From positions 3,924 to 67,923 of the forward strand of contig CAZQTW010000031.1 in the NCBI GenBank assembly GCA_964596165.1: a DNA stretch of 64,000 nucleotides, written 5' to 3'. Source of the stretch: an uncultured Planctomycetales bacterium (GTDB taxonomy: Bacteria; Planctomycetota; Phycisphaerae; UBA1845; JAFGLZ01). The notes beneath the pieces are model-generated. The model searched no databases, was not told the origin of the DNA, and saw only the letters and a program-made list of their open reading frames with translations. This document shows positions 18,612-29,200 of the stretch, piece by piece. Numbering within the stretch: position 1 is the stretch's first letter; each line of letters begins with the position of its first letter. The translations under genes and the position numbers were made by a program.

Positions 18612-19955
18612 TCACGATCCCGCGCGCTGGATCTGATCCGCCGTCGGAATGGTCTGCAAACGGGTTTTCAATTCCTCGAAGAGGTCTTCCATGCCTTTGA
18701 GAACGTCGCGAAGCTCCGTCTGAGCGTCGTTGCGTTCCTCCGCCGATGTGGCCTCCTTCACCCGCTTCTCAGCCTGTGCGATCTGGTCGCTTCGCGAACT
18801 GCGATAGGCCTGTGCCCTTTCCTGCATATCTTTCAGGATGGCATAGGCGGTCGATTTTTGCGACTCATCGAGGCCATAGCGGGTAATGAACTGCCGAACG
18901 TAGGCCGACCAGGCATCATCGCTCGTCGGCGGTTGCGGCGTTGCTCGCGCGGCGGCCCGGCCGGAACTGAATCGATTGTCGCCAATCCGCATCGGTCCGC
19001 GCGAAGGCGCCGCGACGGAGGGCGGAGGGGGAGGGGGTGGGAGAGCGGCAGCCGGCGCCGCAACGGCCGGGGTACCCGACGCGGCGGTCGCTCCCCCCGT
19101 TCGACGCCTCTCCAATTGTGCCTGGAGCTCCGCGTGAACGGGATCCTTGCCCAATCCCCAGTGATCCGGTTCCCATCCGCCCTGTTGCCACTTTGCTATG
19201 GTCTGGTCGAATAGTTTCACGTGCTTGGCCAGCACGCCCATGTCCTGGTTTACCTTCTCGCGCTGCTCCGGCGTCAGGTTTTCCCCGCAGAACTTGTTCA
19301 CCTCGTTGACGGCATCGCCGTACCACTTGTTGAAGATGGGCCGGAGTCTTATCGTCCACCGCGCGACCATCTCGGGCGTCACCGGCTTCCTCTCGGTCCA
19401 GGTTTCGATGAACTCGCGAGCGACCGGCAGGATCTGCTCGGCGTTCTGGACGAAGAAGGTGAACGAGTTTCTGACGAACTGAGATCGCATCTTTTTCATC
19501 TGTTCGTCGTTCAGTCCGTAGCGTTCCTTGATCAACTCCCCCGCGACGTTCAGCCGTTTGTCGAACTCCCAGGGGGGGAGTTTGCTGACCTCGATGATCA
19601 GCCGTTTGCCGAATTGCTCCGCCTCGCCCGTGAGGTTGTTCAGCGAGACGATACTCTCCACGGCCTTCTCGATCTCCTTGGCGTGTTGGTCCCACGGGCC
19701 CGATCGCTGAACTCGAGCCGCCAGTTCGTTGGCTTCATTGAACATCTGCTGGAGACGATTGGGTTGACTGGTTGCGGGCGGGGTCGGTGCGGGAGGCGGC
19801 GGACCCTGAATCCGTCGGTTGAATCGATTGCCGCCGGGCGGTCCGCCCGGCGGAGGCGGGACATCCTGCGCAACCGCGAAGGATGCGATTTCGAACGTCA
19901 AGAACGAGACCGCAAACACAGGCCTTCTGAATCCGAGCATCGCGACAATCCTCAC
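18612..19955 (-). CDS. Hypothetical secreted helical protein with Pro-rich linkers
   Basis: 447 aa. Signal-like N-terminus (alternative ATG at 19940). Poly-Pro tracts, many charged helices, one LTPEQ motif reminiscent of Spy/CpxP-type proteins. Function not assignable. Confidence 0.5.
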   Translation of the reverse strand: MRIVAMLGFRRPVFAVSFLTFEIASFAVAQDVPPPPGGPPGGNRFNRRIQGPPPPAPTPPATSQPNRLQQMFNEANELAARVQRSGPWDQHAKEIEKAVESIVSLNNLTGEAEQFGKRLIIEVSKLPPWEFDKRLNVAGELIKERYGLNDEQMKKMRSQFVRNSFTFFVQNAEQILPVAREFIETWTERKPVTPEMVARWTIRLRPIFNKWYGDAVNEVNKFCGENLTPEQREKVNQDMGVLAKHVKLFDQTIAKWQQGGWEPDHWGLGKDPVHAELQAQLERRRTGGATAASGTPAVAAPAAALPPPPPPPSVAAPSRGPMRIGDNRFSSGRAAARATPQPPTSDDAWSAYVRQFITRYGLDESQKSTAYAILKDMQERAQAYRSSRSDQIAQAEKRVKEATSAEERNDAQTELRDVLKGMEDLFEELKTRLQTIPTADQIQRAGS

Positions 19956-20043
19956 TCACGCGCCCGGTCCTATTCTATCCGCCGCAACGGTGAGTCTCCA
20001 GGCGCAACTTGTCGCAGCTTACGTCCAAGACTATGATCCGCGG

Positions 20044-23000
20044 ATGAACACTCGTGGGGACCCCATCATGCCGTCCATCGTCATCTCGATGCTTGGCATC
20101 ATCTTCGGTGCTCCGCCCGCAACCGCGACGCGCGATTCCGCCCCGAGAACCGCCGGCCTTGCGCCGATGCTCCGATTCTCCGACCAAACGGGCGGATGGG
20201 CCGGACTGCGGTTGGCGGACCCCCCTGTGGAGCTGCTTGCCGATTCCGCCGAACAAACACCCACGGCCACACTCCATGTCAAGGGGTGCGATGTGGCCGA
20301 CGTCTGCAAGGGAAACACGTTCAGCCGCGTGCATTCAACACGGCAGGGACTGCTCGAAGTCACCCGGACCTCGCGGTCGGCTCAGTGGTCTTCACGTTCG
20401 ATCTTCCGCGTGGACGAACGATGCGGTCGCATCACGCGACGCGTCGGGTGGACCTACACCGGCGATGACGCCGTCGAAGTATCCCGGGCCGTGTTGCGAG
20501 TGCCCCGCCTTCGATTCGACGGCGACCCGACGGGCTTCTGCCTCCTCCCGGCCGCTTGGCCGGCCCGGCCGACGACCTTCGCCGCCCTGCAACCGGGACG
20601 ACGCACGTCCGAATCGAACTGGCTGACGGGGCAATCCGGCATCATGGTCGCCCACGCGCCCAAACTCGGCTTGTCCGTCTTCGTGGGACACGAGCTGTCG
20701 CTGGACGGCGCCATAGCCGGAATCGAGGAGGAGTCGGACGGGATCAACCTCTGTCACTACCTGAAGACGACCGGCCGAATCGTTTCGGGACAGACGTGGG
20801 ATGTCGGCATCCAACACATCCAGATCGTTCGCGGCGACTGGCAGGCAACCCTGAGTGCCCTGGCGGACTTCAGCGAGTCGCTGGGCAACGGTCCGCCGCC
20901 GGACTCGCCGCAATGGCTGGATCGCTGCGTGGTTTACTCGTGCTATCCGCATGGCCCGATCGATGCAGGCTTCAACGCGGGCGGAGGCTTCGCCGGGTTG
21001 GAAAAGCAATTGGCGTACTTGGCCAAGCTCGGCGCCAACACGATATGGCTGAACCCGACGTATACCGAACCGCCGGGCATCTACACCATCCATGACCATC
21101 GCGCCGTCGCCGGAGCCCTGGGTACCGAAGAGGACCTGAAGCGGTTCGTCCGCAGCGCTCACACCCTCGGTCTGCGGGTCTGGCTGGACCTGGTTTCACA
21201 CGGACCCGCTCAGGACAGCCCGGATGCCCGCAAGGCGCCGCCCGAGGCCTGGGCCCGCAATCGCGACGGCAGCCTCTGCATGAGTTGGGGCACCAATCTC
21301 ACGGGCGACTACTCGCACCCCGCCTGGCAGACATACATGAGCGACGTCGCCGCTTACTGGGTCGAACGATTCGGCATCGACGGCTTCCGCCACGATTGCG
21401 GCTTCGGAAGCAGCGGTTTGAACTGGTCGCCCGATTCCCCGTACAGACCCAGTGCGGCCGCCCCGTTCGGCGGCGTGATGATGACCCAGGCCGTCCGCAA
21501 TCGCATCCGGCGGATCCGTGCCGACGCCGCAGTGTTCTCGGAAACCGGCGGGCCGCTCTTCTTCCGGTCGGCGGACCTGATCTACGACTATCCCTTCTAC
21601 CTCGCATGCCGCGAGCTGACATACGGCACCACGATCGAACAGTGGATCCCTCGCATGCGCCGTTGGCTGCAGCTCTATCAGGCCACGTACCCCCGCCGCA
21701 CCCTCCGCGGTCTGGTTCGGTTCGTCGAGAACCACGATACGGTTCGGGCAACCCGGTTCTTCGGCGTCGGACCGGCTCAGGCCCTGACCGCCCTGGCGAT
21801 CTTTTGCCGCGGCACACCCATGCTCTACCAGGAACAGGAGATCGGCTTCGGACCGGTGCTTCGCGACTGGCTCGCGCTTCGAAACCGCCTGCCCGAACTT
21901 CACCTGGGCTCAGCCGACTATGAAGCCGTTCATAGTTCGGATCCGGGCGTCCTGCCCATCCTGCGACGGACGGATACGGCGGCGGCGGTGGCGGCCGTCA
22001 ACCTGTCGGGCCGAACGGTGCAAACCACGCTGTCCTGGCCGGCGGAGATCGCCGAAGCCCTGCCGGTCATCCAATCGATCGAGACGGGACGATCGATATC
22101 CACGGGCCGCAATGGCTGCACCGTCACCATTCCGGCTTACAGGACAATCGTTCTGGCATTGCGGACCACGCCGGCCGACGGGATCGGTTCACGACAGTCG
22201 GCATCCTCGGCCACGTCCACGTCGCCTCCCGTCACGACCCTCGTGGCAGGCGAATCCTTTCGCCCACTGACCGGCGGACAAACCGAATATCGTATCACAT
22301 TGCACCCGGCCACGGACTGGTATGTCGAGACGGCCGAGGGTGTCCTCGCCGACGAGTTCGTGGAGCGCCACCGCCCCGGTCCGTTTCCCACCCGCGAACC
22401 CTGTTGGAGGCCATTGGGGTTCGGACTCTGGGACACGACTCGATGGGCCGCGATCGGCTTCCGCTCGGCCGACGGACGAGCGGTGCGGATCGGTCGAATC
22501 GACGTCCCCCGCCTGGTTGATGCGCGGATTGAGGACGCCTCGAACGTTGGACGAGATGTCCAAGTCGTTCTTGTGACCCATGACAGGGGCGATCGGCCGT
22601 ACGAGATCAGCGATGGCCTATCGTCAAACCGTTCGGCCATCTTCCACCCTTGCCAGGGGGTGCCTGAACCGGCACAGTCTCCGTCGGCTGCGTTACAAGA
22701 GAATGCCTCCGCAAACCGCCCCCCATCCCTCTTTGGCAAGGAAGGCAGTAGAATCGACCCCCTTTCTGCGCAGCGGAGTGGTGGACCTCTGACAAACGTG
22801 GATCCCTTCTATGTCATGCTTGAGAACGCTCACTACCGACTTCGACTCGCCCGCCGGCATGGCGGAACGATCGCCGCACTCGAGCTGGGCAACACCGAGC
22901 TGCCGCATGTCGACGCTGCCGAAGTGTCGTCCGACCTTTACAGCGATTGGGGCCTCTACGCCAAAGGACGTTACGCCGGCACGCGCGAAGAACCAAAACC

Positions 23001-23562
23001 GAGGCTGACCCTTCACAAAGCGGATGGCCGTTGCGAGGTGACATTCACGGGAAGACTCAAGGGCAGTTCCTGGAACGGCGTTCAGCAGGGCCATCCGCTC
23101 GAACCGCCCACTCGATACCGCCTCGCATATCAGGTGAATGACTCGCCTGTGGTGCTCCTGACCTTCGGGCTTACCGGTGAAGTCGACCGACCGGCGACCG
23201 GCGCATTCTTCGCGCTTCGGTGGAGGATTTGCGGCGTGCGGTCCTGGTCGGTGGCCACGGGGGGAAAGCAAACCTCCGGACGGCCGGGTGAACGAACCGG
23301 TCAACGGGTCTTCGAATCCGCCCTGCTCACCGTCGCGGATGCTGAGTGGACGATCTCGCTTCACACCTCGGCCGGCCGCATCATACTCCGTCGGCACAGC
23401 CGCGCCGTCGTCCAGCCCGCCAATACGTTCCTTCTCGACCATGGTCCGGACACGATGGATCTGTTCGTGGCTTTGCTGAACGGAAACCCCGTCGATCTGA
23501 AGGCGGACAAGGAGTATGCCACGACCGTCGAGCTGGTGCTGAATCCGCACACGGCGCACTGA
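20044..23562 (+). CDS. Large multidomain protein with central GH13 (alpha-amylase family) catalytic domain
   Basis: ORF 19819..23562. The ATG at 20044 avoids overlap with the divergent gene (alternative ATG at 20068). GH13 conserved regions readable: WLDLVSHG (I), GIDGFRHDCG (II), VFSETGG (III), FVENHDT (IV). Confidence 0.7.
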   Translation: MNTRGDPIMPSIVISMLGIIFGAPPATATRDSAPRTAGLAPMLRFSDQTGGWAGLRLADPPVELLADSAEQTPTATLHVKGCDVADVCKGNTFSRVHSTRQGLLEVTRTSRSAQWSSRSIFRVDERCGRITRRVGWTYTGDDAVEVSRAVLRVPRLRFDGDPTGFCLLPAAWPARPTTFAALQPGRRTSESNWLTGQSGIMVAHAPKLGLSVFVGHELSLDGAIAGIEEESDGINLCHYLKTTGRIVSGQTWDVGIQHIQIVRGDWQATLSALADFSESLGNGPPPDSPQWLDRCVVYSCYPHGPIDAGFNAGGGFAGLEKQLAYLAKLGANTIWLNPTYTEPPGIYTIHDHRAVAGALGTEEDLKRFVRSAHTLGLRVWLDLVSHGPAQDSPDARKAPPEAWARNRDGSLCMSWGTNLTGDYSHPAWQTYMSDVAAYWVERFGIDGFRHDCGFGSSGLNWSPDSPYRPSAAAPFGGVMMTQAVRNRIRRIRADAAVFSETGGPLFFRSADLIYDYPFYLACRELTYGTTIEQWIPRMRRWLQLYQATYPRRTLRGLVRFVENHDTVRATRFFGVGPAQALTALAIFCRGTPMLYQEQEIGFGPVLRDWLALRNRLPELHLGSADYEAVHSSDPGVLPILRRTDTAAAVAAVNLSGRTVQTTLSWPAEIAEALPVIQSIETGRSISTGRNGCTVTIPAYRTIVLALRTTPADGIGSRQSASSATSTSPPVTTLVAGESFRPLTGGQTEYRITLHPATDWYVETAEGVLADEFVERHRPGPFPTREPCWRPLGFGLWDTTRWAAIGFRSADGRAVRIGRIDVPRLVDARIEDASNVGRDVQVVLVTHDRGDRPYEISDGLSSNRSAIFHPCQGVPEPAQSPSAALQENASANRPPSLFGKEGSRIDPLSAQRSGGPLTNVDPFYVMLENAHYRLRLARRHGGTIAALELGNTELPHVDAAEVSSDLYSDWGLYAKGRYAGTREEPKPRLTLHKADGRCEVTFTGRLKGSSWNGVQQGHPLEPPTRYRLAYQVNDSPVVLLTFGLTGEVDRPATGAFFALRWRICGVRSWSVATGGKQTSGRPGERTGQRVFESALLTVADAEWTISLHTSAGRIILRRHSRAVVQPANTFLLDHGPDTMDLFVALLNGNPVDLKADKEYATTVELVLNPHTAH

Positions 23563-23911
23563 CGCGTCGCGCGCCCGGCAGATCGAAACGCGGGACTCGC
23601 GGTGCGGCGGTCGGGTGTCAACTGTCGCGGAATGGGGTCTTGGGTTTGGAGGTTACGGTCCCCCAAGCACGTACGGCATTAGGCTCGGGGCGGAATCGCA
23701 CTCACCCTTCCGTAGGTCTGATCGTCGCCGGCCGTCGGCGGGAATTGTCGAACGTACGACGTCCTATAACGAATCGCCCGCCACACGGAAACCGCAGCAA
23801 TTCGTTGGGCTCGGCTTGCTGGGAGCGCTGCGGGTTGCATAGGATATGTAGCATCCTATCGCGCGTCGAAGGGCGGGCGCGCCGACATACGGCAAGGGGT
23901 GAGGAAGATAT

Positions 23912-25171
23912 ATGAATCGCTGGGCGCTCGTCGTCATCGCTCTTGGAACAGGACTGTCGGCGTTCGGGCAGGAAGCACCCGCGGATCCGGTCTTGCCGAG
24001 CAGCTTCAGCCTGAGGCCGGACTATGTGACCCCCGTCAGGAACCAGGGTTCCTGCGGAAGCTGTTGGGCCTTTGCCACGTACGGGGCGCTCGAGAGCGCG
24101 ATTCTAAAGGCCGGTGGCCCGGCGATGGACTTTTCTGAGAATCATCTGAAGAACTACCACGGTTTCGATTCGGGTCCCTGCGACGGCGGAAGCATCGCCC
24201 AAAGCATCGCTTACATGAGCCGACTGGACGGGCCCGTAGCCGAGGCCGACGATCCCTATCACCCCTATGACGACCGGCCGTCGCCCGGCGGGCCGCGTCG
24301 GGCCTTTCTGACCGACGTCACCATCTGGACCACGCCCACGGACATGAAAACCGCAATCATGACCATCGGCGCGCTGGATACGTCGATGCTGTGGGACTCA
24401 AAGTATTACAGAAAGTCCGACTACACCTACTACTGCCCGACCACAGGCAGCTTCGACCATGAAGTAACCATCGTCGGCTGGGACGATCTGAAGGTGACGG
24501 CCGGCGGAGTCGGGGCGTGGCTGGTCAAGAACAGCTGGGGCACGAGTTGGGGCAACGGGGGTTACTTCTGGCTTTCGTACGCCGACGCCATGGGAGGTAA
24601 GTTCGGCGCATCCTTCGAAGCGGACCTCAACGACGAGATCACCGGCGTTCACTACTACGACTACTATGGCCGCATGCTGCTATTCGACAGCCCGTACGCG
24701 ATGAACGTCTTTCGAACCGATGGCCCGGAGCAGTTGGGTGCCGTCGGACTCTGGAGCGTCCAGGACGGGGCAAGCTATGAGCTGAGGATCTATGACACCT
24801 TCGCCGACGGTTCGCCCAGCGGACTGCGCGCCTCGAAAACCGGTACGATCGACAAGATGGGCTACCACGTGATCGACCTTGACGCGTCGATCTCATTCGG
24901 ACCGGACGACGACTTTGCCGTGTGGCTGAAGTTCACCGATGCCGGCGATACGCCTCAGGCCTTTGACTGCCGAATACCGACGTTCAGTTCGAACTGTGTG
25001 GCCAATCCGGGTGAGAGCTTCTACAGCTACGACGGGATCGGCTGGACCGACTTCTACACGTACAACAACACGGCCAACTTCTGCATCAAGGCCTTCATGG
25101 TGCCCGAGCCGAGCACGATCGGGCTGCTCGCCTGGGGGTGTCTGATGCTGGCGAGGCGGCGGGGACGATAG
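23912..25171 (+). CDS. Papain-like (C1 family) cysteine peptidase with PEP-CTERM anchor
   Basis: 419 aa. Signal peptide; NQGSCGSCWAFATYGALES (catalytic Cys), DHEVTIVGWDD (His), VKNSWGTSWGNGGYFW (Asn/Trp). C-terminus VPEPSTIGLLAWGCLMLARRRGR is a canonical PEP-CTERM. Confidence 0.85.
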   Translation: MNRWALVVIALGTGLSAFGQEAPADPVLPSSFSLRPDYVTPVRNQGSCGSCWAFATYGALESAILKAGGPAMDFSENHLKNYHGFDSGPCDGGSIAQSIAYMSRLDGPVAEADDPYHPYDDRPSPGGPRRAFLTDVTIWTTPTDMKTAIMTIGALDTSMLWDSKYYRKSDYTYYCPTTGSFDHEVTIVGWDDLKVTAGGVGAWLVKNSWGTSWGNGGYFWLSYADAMGGKFGASFEADLNDEITGVHYYDYYGRMLLFDSPYAMNVFRTDGPEQLGAVGLWSVQDGASYELRIYDTFADGSPSGLRASKTGTIDKMGYHVIDLDASISFGPDDDFAVWLKFTDAGDTPQAFDCRIPTFSSNCVANPGESFYSYDGIGWTDFYTYNNTANFCIKAFMVPEPSTIGLLAWGCLMLARRRGR

Positions 25172-25303
25172 CGGGTCCCCCGTCGTTTCACCCGGAAGCC
25201 CGCCCGGCTCGGAACGACATCCGGATTCACATCCCGACACCCTGGCACGGCCACAGGCCGTACCGGCCCGGCTCTGTTTGCAGGCAGATCCACTCCGTGA
25301 GAC

Positions 25304-25690
25304 CTACCAATCGGTGCTGACATTCGGATAGGCCCGGATCAGGGCATCCGGCGTCAGGATGCAGAGTCCTTCCAGTTGCGCGGTGGCGACAATGACGCGG
25401 TCGCACGGATCATTGTGAAGCAACGGAAGACTGCCCGAACGGATGAAGATCTGGGAAGTGACCGGAAGCTCGTTGATTCCGTGATGCTCCAATACCTGCG
25501 CGACCCACTCCTGAGGCTCCAGGGGCAATTGCAGGGCTCCGCGGCGGCTCTTCACGGCGATCTCAAAGGCGGTGATGGACGAGATGAACAGTGAATCGGC
25601 GCGCTCGCGGATGAGATCTTTTGCCCGCATGCTGAGCCGAGCCTGATCCGCAGCCAGCCACAACAGCGTGCAGGTGTCCAGAAGGAGCAT
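25304..25690 (-). CDS. vapC: Type II toxin, PIN domain (VapC family)
   Basis: 128 aa. MLLLDTCTLLW (Asp), ITAFEIAVK (Glu), DPCDRVIVATA (Asp). Start directly abuts the antitoxin stop. Confidence 0.85.
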   Translation of the reverse strand: MLLLDTCTLLWLAADQARLSMRAKDLIRERADSLFISSITAFEIAVKSRRGALQLPLEPQEWVAQVLEHHGINELPVTSQIFIRSGSLPLLHNDPCDRVIVATAQLEGLCILTPDALIRAYPNVSTDW

Positions 25691-25985
<295 letters not shown>

Positions 25986-26265
25986 TTACTACCTGGAAGG
26001 CAAGCCGATAAGTGCTGACAGATGTGGCGGCGTGTGAAACACACCCTACAACACCCCCTCACGGTCGTAGCGCTGATTCGGACCGGTCGCTTGCGCGACG
26101 CGGCTCTGTATGAGCGATTGACCCCGCTGAGGACAGCTCGACTGAGCTCGCCGAAGTCAGCGGGGCTCGGCGCGCGACGCGGCTTTCCTGTCTGCACCGG
26201 GGCACGTGACGAGAGCCGAGACCTCTCCCAACCACTCCTCAATAAGGAGGGGAGAAACGGCCCCC

Positions 26266-29200
26266 CTACTTTACCGGGAGGGTCAGCCATATTGTCGGCA
26301 GATCGGCGCCGACGGGGACGGCGGTGCCCTCCTGGTGTGGCCAGCCGGTGGCGCTGGTGTACGGTCCGACGTCGATCCACGACGAGCCCCGGCGGCCATC
26401 GGTCAGCGCAAACCTCAAGCAGAAGTTGCGGACCTTCATGAAGTCGCCGCCGGGGTTCTTGATCACCAGCCGGTTCGTCGGGCCGATCGTCCTGATCGCT
26501 TCGGATGACAGCGCGACCTTGCCGGACGCCCACTCCGTATCGGAGTTGGACAGCGGCGTCGAGCCGATCTTCACATCGTTGAAGTAGATGAAGGACTCGT
26601 ACTGGCCGCCGTTAACGCCGGCGTGGTCGAGCGTGACCTCGGCGGAGGCGATCTTGCCCAGGTCGGCGACGGGGAGGTCGTTCAGCGGCTCGGGCGGCGG
26701 CAGGAAGGCCAGGCCGGGCTTGTCGCTTTGGATCTCGACGGCCATCACCTGATCGGCCAGCACGATTCGAGGCTGGCCCCAGCAGGACCAGTCGGAGTTG
26801 GAATCGTTCGCCGGGCCGACGTCGGAGATCAGCTTGATCGTGACCCGCTTGCCCGCGAAGGGTGACAGGTCCACCTTGTGAGTGGCCCACCGCTCGCGAA
26901 CGGCATACTGTCGGGCGAACACCTCCGTCGGCTTGTCGCCGTCGATCACGATCACCTTGAACAGACATCCGTCGGTGGTGGTCGAGCCGTCGCGGAAGCC
27001 GACGGCGAATTCGAGCTGCGGCCTGCCCTGGGGCAGATCGACCGGGGTGGCCGCGAAGGCATAACCCACACCTCGCATGTATGGTGGGTGCATGAATATC
27101 GACGGCATCGGTAGGCCACCGACGCGCTCCTCGCTCATCAGAACCGCCGCGCCGCTGCCCTCGGGGTTGACGGCCTGCTCAACGCCGCCGCGGACGCACT
27201 CACCCGAGGCCATCTCCGAGGTCTTCGCGAGTTCGGCGACGACCCACTGCGTGGGCCGGGTTCGCAGATAGCGGGTCGCTTCACTCCGATGAGGACCATA
27301 TTGGGCGCGCAGATTGACGGACTCCACCACCGGGCGGTCGGGCAGGGTGAGGGCCCATGTCAGCGTCCGGGACTCGCCTGGGCGCAGGTTGATCGTGGTT
27401 GCCGAAGGCTCGACACGCCAGCCCTGCGGGATGGCCAGGCTGACGGTCGTGTCCGCCGCATCGGGCAGGTGGCTCTTCACCGTCGTCCGCAACGGCCACG
27501 GTCGGCCGGAAACGAGGGGTTGATCCCCGGATTCAAACGTCAGGTCGAACGCCGGAACCGCCGTCATGTCGACCCAGCGTTCACCGAGATCTGTCTCGCC
27601 AGCGCCCTTGAGTCGAAGCCTGAACCAACAGCGTTCATAAGGCTTCTGATCAGCCGGCAACTTCAGATTGAACGTCGTGCAGAATCGCCCCAGCGCACTC
27701 TCTGCTGCGACCTTGAACTCTCCGATTGCGTGCTGAAGGCCGCTCGACGACACGCGCTCGATCGTCAACGTCCATGGGTTCCCGAAATGGGATGTGAGTC
27801 TCAGTCCTCCGGAGGCGGACGTGCCGGCTATCAGTTCTGTTCGCGGCAGCGTGATCCGCCACGCGACTGAGTCAGGCAGTTCCTCCGGACCAGGCCGTCC
27901 GCGGTTCTGTTGACCGGCCTCAGGACGCGCCGGCTCGTTGACCAGCCGATACTTGATGGCTCCCTTGACGGGCATGACGGTAACTTCAGCCGGACCGTGG
28001 CGAACCGGTGCGACGCCGATCTGTTTGCCTGATTTGTCGTGGGCCGTCGCGCTGAATCGGTAGCTCCTCTTGCAGCCGAGCCAGTCGGTCGACACCGTGA
28101 CCTCCTCACACTTGGTGGCCGGAATGATCCGCCAGGCCGCCTTGCCGTCGTGTTTGACCGAGACCGCACCGCGGGCCGCGATCATTGGCGTGCGGACGAT
28201 CTGGTCGCGGGAGTCGAGATACAAGTAGTCGCGGCACTGAACAAGCTCGTGTCGCGTGTCGCCGACGATTGCCGAGTAGGCCAGGATGTCGTCCGGCTTG
28301 CGCGCGACGAAACCATACGAAGGCAGGCGGTAGTCCTTGCCATCGACACGCACGACCCACTCATGCTCGGGGCTCAGATTCGCCCAGACCTCCAGGCCGT
28401 TCTCGTAAAGGATGTTACTCTGCCGTCGTTTGTAGGCGTCGGTAATCAGGGCCGTCGAGCTGTCGACGATCTTGCCGCCGTCGAAGTAGCCGATGCGTTT
28501 GACCGGCACCATCGTATACCGCTGCTGAAGCGCCTGGAGCAGAAAGTACGACTTGAGCGTGCCGTCGAGGCCCCAGTCGTCGGCCAGGAAACCGATGTGT
28601 CCGAACACGATCGTGCTGGTGTGGAACTTGTCGAAGTAGGGGCTGAGCCGCGAGCGGTCCTTGGTCCAGTCACCCCGCTCGCCGTAGTACATGCTCGGCA
28701 TGCCCATGCCGAAGTCGGTCATCAGCGGGTGCATCTTGAGCAGGTCGAAATCGACGATCGGCTCGATCCGATGACCGGTTCCATAGGGAACCATCTGGCC
28801 GTAATTGCCGTCCACGATGCCGGCGTAGAACCACTGGTGACAGCCTTCACTAAAGACGGGTCCGTGGTGCGCCTTGCTCTCGTTCCACAGCAGGCGGGCG
28901 AAGGCATTGAACTGCGTGCGGAACATGCCCGCGCCGGGCGTCCGGGCGTCGTAGTCGGTTCGCCCCCAGGGCGTGTACGCGGTGTGGACGTCGCAGTACT
29001 GGGCGTTCGTGCCGAACTTCTCGTGGATTCGCGGGGCGTAGTAGGCCTCCTTCTCGGCGGCCCGCAGTGGCTTGAGGGCGTAGCAGCGTGGCCAGGCGCG
29101 CTGCCAGGTGCCGTCGGGGTTCAGGCAGACGTCGTCCTCGTTCCAGTTCGAGTTGACGGGGGCGAAATCAACGTAGTTCGTGTAGGTGCCGAAGCGATAG

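Noticed and set aside
19005-19050. G-rich low-complexity run (GGAGGGCGGAGGGGGAGGGGGTGGGAG) that could look like a G-quadruplex or repeat.
   Set aside because: It is the antisense of a poly-proline linker (PPPPPPPS) in the 18612..19955 coding sequence. It is explained by the protein sequence.
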